Below, one piece after another: positions 1 to 8,459 of a stretch of 20,000 nt of DNA. The stretch's first letter is position 1, and every line of letters starts with the position of its first letter. The notes under the pieces are model-generated. The model had not been told where the DNA came from, made no database searches, and saw only the letters and a list, made by a program, of their open reading frames with translations. The position numbers and the translations under genes are program-made. The DNA lies in NCBI RefSeq assembly GCF_004010195.1, contig NC_057753.1, positions 9,133,549 through 9,153,548 on the forward strand, written 5' to 3'. The DNA is from Chiloscyllium plagiosum. Taxonomy: Eukaryota.

Positions 1-172
1 AGGGCGATGGCCCCGGTGTAGAAGGGCAAGTTCCTCTTGATATGGATGTGCCTGCAGATGGTGGGATCAGACTGTCCCCATGTCTCCACAATGAATGTCC
101 AAGGCTTTATTATGGAAAAGTAAAACTGATAGAAGACAATGGTCATTTTGGGCGGGGTCGCCGCCCTGCGCT

Positions 173-246
173 GTTTCTATGGCGCAATTGGTCAGCGCGT
201 TCGGTTGTTAATCGAACGTTTGCTGATTCGACACGACCCTGCGATG
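173..246 (+). pseudogene. tRNA-Asn(GTT) pseudogene
   Basis: 74 nt collinear with vertebrate tRNA-Asn. Anticodon arm TTCGG-TTGTTAA-TCGAA is retained. The acceptor stem (GTTTCTA/CTGCGAT) has 3 mismatches and the B box is altered (GATTCGAC). Confidence 0.9.
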
Positions 247-390
247 AAGTGATTGTTGATTTTGCTCCTCCCGCTTTCTTGGCTGCTAAGGTGCGTGTTT
301 GTAATGGTGTCAGGAAAATGTTTCCCAAGCGGAAATCTTCTCCACTGAGGATGGACAAAGGGGTTTCTGAATTGATTGAATTTCTAACAT

Positions 391-565
391 AAAGGACTGC
401 GGATGCTGAGAATCCGAGACAGAAAGCGAAACTGCTGGAGGAACTCAGCAGGTTTGGCTGTACCTGGATGAGGAAAAAGGAGTTCTGAAATGTTGTCACT
501 GATTCTCTTTCCATAGATGCTGCTTGGCCTGCTGGGTTGCTCCTGCGATTTCTGGTTTTGTTTTT
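391..565. mobile_element. Fold-back (inverted) Penelope-tail-derived repeat
   Basis: Imperfect inverted arms CTGCTGGAGGAACTCAGCAGG / CCTGCTGGGTTGCTCCTGCG. They resemble the tail of the GIY-YIG element at 2011-2140. Confidence 0.6.
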
Positions 566-739
566 AACTGAACGTCCATTTCATCTTTCGGGATGAAACA
601 CCCAGACTCGCCATTTGCAGATATTTAACCCTTTCGAAACCTGTGAAGTGATTGGATTCCATCAAACTCTGCAATGATTCACTCTTTCTCAGCTCCACTG
701 GCAGACAGACATGGGAAATGAAGCTGTCAGTGTGGTTCT

Positions 740-822
740 GTATTGGTGGGCCGAGTGGTTAATGCGATGGACATGAAATCCATTGCGGTTTCCCCGCGCA
801 AGTATGAACCCTGCCGACTACA
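740..822 (+). pseudogene. tRNA-Ser(TGA) pseudogene
   Basis: Collinear with vertebrate tRNA-Ser, including the long variable arm. Anticodon arm is ATGGA-CATGAAA-TCCAT. Lesions: U33>A, an extra G, acceptor mismatches, and B box GTTCGA>GTATGA. Confidence 0.92.
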
Positions 823-1240
823 GTTGAGAAATGTCATCAAAAAGAAAGGGAGATTGCTTCACGGCGTTTTAAAGATGCAAATCAGTGGAGGGTTTGAAAT
901 ATTTCAATCACATTGGGAATGGTCGGGAACCTACAACCCACTGCCTGTTAGGGTGGGACAAGCAGAAACCCACAGAGTTGCTTTTGAGGCGATGAGCCAA
1001 GTGTTTGTAAATGAGACAAGAACAGTGAGGGGCGTGAAGTCCTGATCGAAATGAAGCAGGCACCTGAGGATGAGTGTGTTTTATTTGCCAGTGAAAGATA
1101 CTGCTTCACAAAGTTGGGACTATGGAAGGAAAGCAGTGACGGTGATTATCTTTGGCTGTTCACCTTGTGAATGTTCCCATTGCTGCGCATGTCCGTGTGA
1201 ACGTCAGAACTCTGCAGCATGGTGGCGTCAGGTACGCACA

Positions 1241-1273
1241 GTGCCGGGGGCGCAATGGATGACGCATCTGACT
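1241..1273 (+). pseudogene. 5' half of a tRNA-Arg(ACG)-like gene
   Basis: GTGCCGGGGGCGCAATGGATGACGCATCTGACT matches recalled tRNA-Arg(ACG) GGGCCAGTGGCGCAATGGATAACGCGTCTGACT at 28/33. Similarity stops just before the anticodon. Confidence 0.7.
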
Positions 1274-1749
1274 CTAGCTCCCTGTTTGAAATGCAATTCA
1301 CAGCTTCTTCACACAGCCCAATTAACCTTTCTCATTGTCCTGAAGCCGGCATACGGTTTGAATTCCTGATCTTCGGGAACGAGACTCTTTTCACTGTCTC
1401 GCGTCAGTAAATGTCTCTGAGAACATCAGAGTCACGTCACAGCGCTGTCAGAGGAGGGGAAGCTGAAAGAGCCCCACACGCTGCTCATGCGCACATTTCA
1501 CTTTCCCCAAATCACCGTCCCAACCACTGCTCCTGGGAGTGGAAAGGGAACAAACACCAACACCCCGTCTCAGCTTTGTAAATCTTCAGGAAATAAGAAA
1601 TCTGTCCATCCCTTTGCATCTTCCATCCTAGGCTGAGAGCGTTGATTTTAAATGGCTGTCCAGTCAGTGCCGATTCGTCTTGGCTGAAAAAAAAAATCCT
1701 TATCTCATTCCAGCATTTCTTGCCACAGAGAACTGTGCGGCAGAGTTCA

Positions 1750-2009
1750 TGTATATATTTCCTTGCATGGTATTTTGTAAATAACATTCGTCTGCTGGTT
1801 GTTTGTACAGGGTATTTCAAGTTCATTAGCCGCTGTTAAAGTGTGTTGGTAGGTTTGTGGGCTACCATGATGCTGAGAACGTTGAGTAGTCTGGACATCA
1901 TTTCCGATATGTCTTTAATATAAAGTAATGTGGCTAGGGTTTCTGCAGATGTTGTGTCTACTTGTGTCAGTTTGTTGATGTGAAATCGACAAACTGGGTT
2001 AATTGGGTA
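1750..2009 (-). mobile_element. Penelope-like element (family A), RT-endonuclease linker and start of GIY-YIG
   Basis: Minus strand reads YPINPVCRF...LYIKDISEMMSRLL..VAHKPTNTL...NVIYKIPCKE, with a stop and a frameshift. Confidence 0.85.
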
Positions 2010-2010
2010 G

Positions 2011-2654
2011 GTAAAAGTGCGGATTGCAGATGCTGGAAACTAGAGTTTAGATCAGAGTGGTGCTGGAAAAGCACAGCAGGTCAGACAGCTTCCGAGAAGC
2101 AGGAAAATCGACGTTTCGGCAAAAGCACTTAATCAGGAATAGAGGCAGAACGCCTCCAGGGTGGAGAGATAAATTGGGGGTGGGGGTGTGCTGGGCCGAA
2201 GGGAGCAAAAAGTACAATAGTTGAATGGGGGTGGGGATGGAGGTGACAGGTCAGAGAGGAGGGTGGACCGGATAGGTGGGAAGGGAGATTGGCAGGTAGG
2301 ACAGGTCATGAGGACAGCGCTGAGCTGGAAGGTTGGATCTGAGGTAAGGTGAGGGGGAGGAGAAATGAGGAAACTGGTGAAGTCCGCATTGACGGCCTGG
2401 GGTTGAATTCATCCTCCAGGCATCGGGTGGGGAGGGAGCGGCGATGGAGGAGGCCCAGGACCTTCGCAGAGTGGGAGGGGGTTGGAAATGTTGGGACACA
2501 GGGCGATGGGTTTGATTGTTGCGGGTGTCCTGGAGATTTTCCCTCAAGCGCTGTGACTTGACTCTGCGAGGAGTCTCCAGTCTCCCCAATGTAGAGGAGA
2601 TCGCATCGTGAGCAATGGATACAAGAAATGACATTGGTGGATGCACAGGTGAAA
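2011..2654 (-). mobile_element. Penelope-like element (family B), GIY-YIG 3' end plus tail with decayed hammerhead core
   Basis: Minus strand reads FTCASTNVISCIHCSRCDLLYIGETG, followed by a pyrimidine-rich tail. A hammerhead-like ATTC-CTGATTA-...-GAAA-CGTC lies at 2140-2106. Confidence 0.9.
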
Positions 2655-2666
2655 GCCTTCTAACTC

Positions 2667-2698
2667 CCGCGGCCCGGATTCGATTTCCGGGCAGGGAA
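2667..2698 (+). pseudogene. 3' half of a tRNA-Glu gene
   Basis: CCGCGGCCCGGATTCGATTTCCGGGCAGGGAA parallels the 3' half of the full gene 109 bp downstream and is followed by TTTT at 2703-2706. The 5' half is replaced by Penelope sequence. Confidence 0.85.
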
Positions 2699-2735
2699 GA
2701 AATTTTCAGTAGAGTTGTCAGCGTGTGCCCGCATC

Positions 2736-2807
2736 TCCCTGATGGTCTAGTGGTTAGGATTCGGCGCTCTCACCGCCGCGGCCCGGGTTTGACTCCCGGT
2801 CAGGGAA
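2736..2807 (+). tRNA. tRNA-Glu(CTC), full cloverleaf but C56>T in the B box
   Basis: 72 nt TCCCTGATGGTCTAGTGGTTAGGATTCGGCGCTCTCACCGCCGCGGCCCGGGTTTGACTCCCGGTCAGGGAA. Acceptor, anticodon and T stems pair, and the anticodon is CTC. The T-loop is TTTGACT instead of TTCGANT. Confidence 0.92.
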
Positions 2808-2811
2808 GCCC

Positions 2812-2815
2812 TTTT
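2812..2815 (+). terminator. Pol III terminator (T4) of tRNA-Glu
   Basis: TTTT 4 nt after the tRNA 3' end. Confidence 0.7.
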
Positions 2816-2817
2816 CA

Positions 2818-3649
2818 GGGTGTTTGTTGGCTACCTATTCTTCTTAAGTGCACTGTCCAGTTATTTATTGATCTTCGTAGTTCCTGCGTGCTGCAATGTG
2901 TAGTGGCTCGTTGAAATAGAGTCCTGATGCAGATTTGTTTGTATGTGGAGGGATGATTGCTTCTGTAGTTAGGTTCTTGGTACACGTGCGTTGTTTTCCT
3001 GTAGACGCTGTTTTGAATTTTCAATTGACTGATCGCTCTACTGTGACATCTCGAAATGGCACTCTGTTGTTGTTCTCTTTTGTGGACTTTATGTCAGTGA
3101 GGATATTGTTGATGGTGTTGTTGGTTTCCTCTATTTTTTTTCATTTTTTGATGACAAAAGTGTCATTCGCTGTAGCGGACCCAAAGTTTGGGTTGGATCG
3201 TTGGAGGGCTGTTTGTTTTGAGTCTCTGCATTATTGCTTCTGCTAGGAATCCTGATACCGGTGGTTTCATGGGTGTTTCGTTGATTTGTTTGTAGGGCTT
3301 GTTACTGAATATGAAGTAGGTGGTAAGGCACAGTTCCAAGAGCTTGACAGTGTTATCTTTGCTGATGAAGTTGGTGCTGTGTTTGTGTCTTTGGTTCTTC
3401 GAGTAGAGTCTTCAATTTTCTTTGGCCACGTTGATCTTAATGGATGTGAACAGGGCTGTTATGTCAAAGGACATTATTATTCCATCCTCTTCTATCTTAG
3501 TGTCTTTGGTGTTCAGGAATTCTTGGATGGAGTAAATGGAGTGGCGTGAATCTTCGACTTGGTGTTTTAGCCTTCAGTGGAGGCCTTTGACTAGTCTGTG
3601 TATTGGTGTTCCAAGTAGTGAGACTATGGCCTGAGGGGCCTCCTGGGTT
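2818..3649 (-). mobile_element. Penelope-like element (family A) reverse transcriptase, degraded
   Basis: Minus-strand motifs PLRPIVS.LGTP, SFDITALFTSI, TPM..PVSGFLAEAIMQRL, KLWVRY..DTFVI and YRKTTH...SNHP...K..CIRTLFQRA, with many frameshifts. Confidence 0.92.
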
Positions 3650-3650
3650 G

Positions 3651-3935
3651 AAGAGGAGAACAACAAAAAAAATGCCATTCTTAGATGTCACAGTAGAGCG
3701 AACAGTCAATGGGGAACTTCAAACTAGCATCTACAGAAAAACAACACACTCAAACCAAATACTGAACCACAGAAGTAATCATCCCAACACCCACAAACGA
3801 AGCTGCATCAGGACATTATATCAACGAGCCACTGCACACTGCAGCACAGAGAAACTACGAAGAGCAGAAGAGAAATACGTATATAGTGTATTTAAGGAGA
3901 ACGGGTACCCAATAAACCCAGTCCGCCGATTTCTC
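3651..3935 (+). mobile_element. Penelope-like element (family A) RT C-terminal/thumb fragment, inverted relative to 2818-3080
   Basis: PFLDVTV...TSIYRKTTHSNQILNHRSNHPNTHKRSCIRTLYQRATAHCS...FKENGYP within ORF 3603-4064. Confidence 0.92.
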
Positions 3936-4034
3936 ATTGATGCTTCCAAGCTGACTCTCAAAACTTCGGTTTTTCCCTCCATTCTTTCCTGTTTGTTTTT
4001 TGTGGGTCTCGAAAGCTTTCCCAATCTTCTGACC

Positions 4035-4165
4035 GAGTATTGGAGTTGGGAAGTTATGTTGTGACTGTAGAGGACATTGGTTAGACCACTTTGGGAATAT
4101 TGTGTGCAATTCTGGTCTCGCTCCTATCAGAAGGATAGAAGGATATTGTGAAATTTGAATGGGTT
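4035..4165 (+). mobile_element. CR1 LINE ORF2 fragment
   Basis: Decayed RTLVRPLWEYCVQFWS..Y(R)KDIVKFE motif. Confidence 0.85.
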
Positions 4166-4607
4166 CTGAAGCACTACTAGGTCCACAGAGGGGAAGAGGC
4201 CCTTCTGCTCCCCAGAGTGTGGGAAGGCCTTCAGTGATTCCTCTGCCCTGCTGACGCACCAGTCAATCCACACCAGGGAGAAGCTGTTCTCTTGCCCCGA
4301 GTGCGGGATGGGCTTTACCCGCTCCTCCACACTGCTGATGCACCAGTTGGTCCACATGGGGTGGGGGGGTCGGGGGTGGCGTGGGGGAGGCCATTCTGCT
4401 GCCCTGAGTGTAGGAAGGCCTTCAGCAATTCCTCCGCCCTGCTGAAGCACCAGTGTGTCCACACCGGGGAGAGGGCCTTCAACTGTCCCGAGTGTGGGAA
4501 GAGGTTCATGTTTTCGTGCAACTTGAGGAAGCACCAGCGGGGGCACCAGCGCTCACAGCGATCATATCCCACCGGTAACGCTGCCTTGGGTCACCCCCCA
4601 GGATTGA
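4166..4607 (+). pseudogene. 5'-truncated C2H2 zinc-finger pseudogene (about 4 fingers plus C-terminal tail)
   Basis: CPECGK.F...S.LL.HQ..HTGER-type repeats. Lesions: in-frame TAG near 4178, a G-rich frameshifting insertion at 4359-4387, and +1 C before the QD* stop at 4605-4607. Confidence 0.92.
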
Positions 4608-4696
4608 ACCTCCTGCCAGTTCTGGATGCAGTGGGAGAGTAGGTGGGCTGTTTTGTTTTCTGCAATTGCCTCCCCCACCCCCCACAACCACAACCC

Positions 4697-4872
4697 ATGG
4701 TGGCTCAGGGTTTGCACTGCTGCCTCATGGCACCAGGAGCCCAGGAATAATCCCACCCTTGGGGGTCTGTGTGCAATTTATGGAGGGTAGGAAAATGGGT
4801 CTGAGTAGGTTACTCTTCGGAAGATCAGTGCAGATGTGTTGGGCTGAAGGACCTGTTTCCACATTGTAGGAG
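4697..4872 (+). mobile_element. HE1/V-SINE-like SINE with internal deletion, inserted in the ZNF 3' region
   Basis: tRNA-like head GTGGCTCAG...GCACTGCTGCCTCA and CR1-type tail GGGCTGAAGGACCTGTTTCCAC. ZNF 3' flank homology resumes at about 4890. Confidence 0.75.
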
Positions 4873-5062
4873 TTCAACCATCCTATGAGCTTTGCTTTCA
4901 GTGGACACTGCTGCTCATTGAACCCGGGACTGCACATTGCCAAATGAAATGTTCCAGAGAAACCTAAGACCTCAAGACCATCGGAGCAGAAGTTAGGCCA
5001 TTCGTCCCGTCGAGTCTACTCTGCCATTCGTTAGTGACAAAAGTAGTGCAGATAAGATTAGC

Positions 5063-5352
5063 GACAGTGTGGAAACAGGCCATTTGTCCCAACAAGTCCA
5101 CACCGACCCTCCGAAGAGTAACCCATCCAGACCCATTTCCCTCTGACTAATGTACCTAACTCCATGGGCAATTAAGCATGGCCAATCCACATGACCTACA
5201 CATCTTTGGTTTATGGAAGAAAACAGGACCACCCAGAGAAAACCTACACAGACACTGGGAGAATGGAAACTCCTCACAGACAGCCACCCAAGGCTGGAAT
5301 CTAAACTGGGTCCCCGGCGCTGTGAGGCTGCAGTGGTAACCACTAAGCCACT
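5063..5352 (-). mobile_element. HE1/V-SINE-like SINE, near full length
   Basis: Minus strand has a tRNA-like head, a V-domain-like core (CATTCTCCCAGTGTCTGTGTAGGTTTTCTCTGGGTG) and a CR1-type tail. Confidence 0.88.
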
Positions 5353-5379
5353 ACATGTTGCAACCCGAAGTAGGCAAGC

Positions 5380-5480
5380 AGGAGATTGGGAGAATACAGC
5401 AAGCCAGGCAGCATCAGGATGTGGAGTCGTCGGCGTTTTGGGTATTAACCCTTCTTCAGGACTGAAACGTTAACTTCTCT
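5380..5480 (-). mobile_element. Penelope tail fragment with decayed hammerhead core
   Basis: Minus strand GTC-CTGAAGA-AGGGTTAATACCC-AAAA-CGCC-GAC. The flank resembles 2050-2140. Confidence 0.7.
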
Positions 5481-5488
5481 ATGAGAAA

Positions 5489-5877
5489 CAATTTACGGGA
5501 ATATTGCTGGGGTTTGTAGAGTTTGAGCTACAGGGAAAGGCTGAATAGGCTGGGGCTGTTTTCACTGGAGCATCAGAGGCAGAGGAGTGACCTAATAGAG
5601 GTTACAAAATCATGAGGGTTATGGACAGGGTAAGAAATAAGGTCCTTTCCCTGGGGTGAGGGAGTTCAGAACTAGAGGGCATAGGTTTAGGGGAACAGGC
5701 GAAATATATTAAAGGGACAACTTCTTCATGCAGAGGGTGAGAAATATATGAAATGAGCTGCCTGAGTATATGGGTCAGGTGCTGTCAAATGGGACTAGAT
5801 TAATTTAGGATATCAGGTCAGCATGGACAAGTTGAAACGAAGCGTATGTTTCCATGCTGTAAGCGTCTCTGACTACT
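5489..5877 (+). mobile_element. CR1 LINE 3' end (internally deleted)
   Basis: LSYRERLNRLGLFSLE..R.R.DLIEV.KIMR..D...RTRGH motif plus 3' UTR. Confidence 0.88.
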
Positions 5878-6064
5878 GGTCCTGATGTAAGTTTAAAATA
5901 GAGTCCAAGTAACTTTGAATAGTTCAATCTTGTTGTGCTCACATCCTGAAAAGTTTCAAATGAATCCCTCTGAGACATACTGTTTAAACATGCTGAGTTG
6001 GACAAAGTATCCAATCAAGTTCAACACAAATTCAGAGTTGAAGAAGTCAGAAGTCAGAACACCA

Positions 6065-6210
6065 AGGGGACCAAAACTGATCACAATATTCCAGGTGCAG
6101 CCTCATCAACGTCCTGTATAACTACAACATAACTTGCCAACATCTATACTCAATTCTCTAATTGATGAAGGCCAGTGTGCTGAAACCTTTCTTCACTGCC
6201 TTGCATACCA
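6065..6210 (-). mobile_element. CR1 LINE ORF2 fragment
   Basis: Minus strand IEYRCWQVML.LYRTLMRLHLEYCDQFW. Confidence 0.8.
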
Positions 6211-7043
6211 ATGTAATCAGAGATATAGGACCTACTTTAAACTGATTCACAATCCAGTTGCTGGGCGCACAGAAGCAGAGTAGTGCTGTGTGAGGGTGCT
6301 GGGCGCATCATCCAGAGGTTGATGGGTCAAAACCATGTGATGCTTTTGCTCAATGTCTCTGAAAGCTGCTTTCATTTGCAAAGGTGCTCTGTTCTGTATC
6401 TTGCCGTTGCATCCGCTTCCCAAAGCTTCTTCAGTGGAGGAGTGGCAGTGGTAGCAATCCCCCAGAGCTGGAGGAAAGTCCGAGCTCCAAGAAGCGGGCG
6501 GTAAGGCTGGAGGCTGGATTTGATCAAGGCTTGTATCTATTAACTCATTTAAATGGTACCTACCGTATGGTGTTAGTTGTAGTTGGTAAAATGTACTCCC
6601 TGGAGGAGCACCCTCTATGATGCTGCATCTCTTACCTTCTGCCCTTCCCCCATTTCTTATCTCCCATCTTGATTTTATATGTTTTTTGGTCAAATTTAAT
6701 TTCATATTAATCAGACTTGGTATTCACTGTGTGCTATTAATTTGTTCGTTCGAATATTGTAAGTCAATATTAATTCTGTAATTTCATTTCTGATGTCAGA
6801 GTTTGACATTAAATGTGCAGGTGTGAATACCAGTAAGTTGAGAAAATAAATCAAAACTTGTGGTTTTTAACAAAAAGAGCAGCTCACTGATATTCATGGT
6901 ATTGTCTCATTTGGGAAGATGATTCAAATATGACCAACAAACCGGTTCACGCAGTCACCCAATTTAATTAAAGTTTTCTTTAATTTAATTAAAGAAAATA
7001 ACTCTGGCAGGCTAAGATTTATGCAATCTATTTATAAGATTAT

Positions 7044-7578
7044 GTCCATTGCTCGCAACATGGTCTCATCCACATTCGGGAAACTGGACGCCAACTTGTG
7101 GAATGTTTCAGGGAACAGCTCTGGGTCATTGAAACTAAATGACCGACCGCCCTGTGGCTGAACACTTTAACTTCCCCTCCCATTCCGCCAAGGACATGCA
7201 AATCCTGGGTCTCCTCCACTGCGAAACTCTTGCTACCCGTCACTTGTCGAAAAAACACCTCATCTTCTGCCTTGGGACCCTCCAACCACATGGTATCAAT
7301 GCAGATTTCATCAGTTTCCTTATTTCCTCTCCCCCACCTTGTCCCAGATCCAACCTTCCAATTTGACCCAACCTCTTGACCTGTCATACCTGTCCACCTT
7401 GCTTCGCACCTATTTGCTCCACCCTCATCTCTGACCTATCACCATCAATCCCTACCTCCATCTACCTATTGCACTCCCAGCTGCCTTCCCTCCAGCCCCA
7501 CTTCCCTCCCATTTATCTCTCAGCCTCCTTGGACCACCCTTTATTCCTGATGAAGAGATTATGCTCTAAACCAAGACT
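7044..7578 (+). mobile_element. Penelope-like element (family B) GIY-YIG 3' end and tail
   Basis: HCSQHGLIHIRETGRQL..CFREQL...RPVAEHFN.PSHS..DMQILGLLHC...HLIFCLGTLQPHGIN. The tail ends in ATTC-CTGATGA-AGAGATTATGCTC-TAAA. Confidence 0.9.
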
Positions 7579-8369
7579 GTGATGAAGCAACTTCCTCAAC
7601 AAATAGGAAATAGCTCCCAAGTCAGATTTCATTCCCATCTTCTGTTTCCCAGTTCTTTCAGAAATAAGGAATGTCTTTTTCTTCCACACGAAAGTGGTTT
7701 TCCACTTTGCGCTGTCTGAAGTGTTATGCCACACCATAACTTCAGCCAACTTTTAAGAATCCTTTCAACCTGTTTTTCTAACAATTGCGGAGGTGACCAA
7801 AAGCAAACATTTCACTCCTCCTCAATGTCCCATTTCTCCTCCTATGAGCCATTTTGTCATGTTGTCTATGTTACAAGCAGCCGAGTGCACTTGGTTTCTG
7901 AATTGAAATATTGACATTGACTTGAACAGGATTAATATTTATTGATGGTTCGCTGTGTTTGCACTAACTGTAATTATCCACCAATACGATGTCTTTTGTT
8001 CCACCAAAACTGTGTTTATATTGCAGTCGGATGTAGAAAATCATCCCAGCGATCTTTCAACGTTATTATAGTTTACTGAGGCCATAACAGCATTACACGG
8101 AAGTTTGATATGATTAAAACTTGGATGGAAAGAGTGTAGATTGATGAGAAGTCAAAATGGCAGAGTCTCTGGCCACAATTGATCTGTCTGGCTTGATTAT
8201 ATGAGTGGCGGCTCTTCTAGAGCAACTTCCACTCCATCACTTCAACCAGTAAGAGGAGATAAGAGTGAACACAACATCCCAACTGTGAAATATATGCATT
8301 GCTTCGATGTTATTGATGAAAATCCTGGAACTCGCTCCTGAACCTTTATTATAGACCACATCATATTTG

Positions 8370-8455
8370 TGAAGTAATTTAAGAGGCAGCTCACCACCAC
8401 ATTTTCAAGGACGGTTTGGGAAGACTTGCTGGCAGAGCCAATGATATTCACATGA
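8370..8455 (+). mobile_element. L2-type LINE 3' end fragment
   Basis: GGCAGCTCACCACCACATTTTCAAGG...GCTGGCAGAGCCA resembles the recalled shark L2-type tail. Confidence 0.55.
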
Positions 8456-8459
8456 TATA

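Larger units (their letters stand above)
135..1493 (+). repeat. Segmental duplication, copy A (direct repeat of 18602-20000) carrying tRNA-derived sequences
   Basis: Collinear with 18602-20000 from GACAATGGT..GGGCGGGG onward. Positions 561-740 differ from their counterpart at about 6 of 180 sites. Offset is ~18.5 kb. Confidence 0.97.

Noticed and set aside
767..783. Reading the Ser pseudogene loop CATGAAA as a CAT or ATG anticodon
   Set aside because: The 5-bp stem ATGGA/TCCAT gives a 7-nt loop with TGA central. The A is a U33 substitution.
42..1410. ORFs apparently conserved between the two window ends
   Set aside because: The similarity comes from the DNA duplication. Starts, stops and frames differ between copies, and the ORFs overlap tRNA remnants.
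3603..4064. 153-aa ORF as a functional gene
   Set aside because: It is a chimera of an inversion junction, a Penelope RT thumb fragment and CR1 sequence, with no catalytic RT core.
6961..6998. 11-bp AT-rich hairpin (6974-6998) and 13-bp direct repeat
   Set aside because: Low-complexity AT sequence with no associated element.
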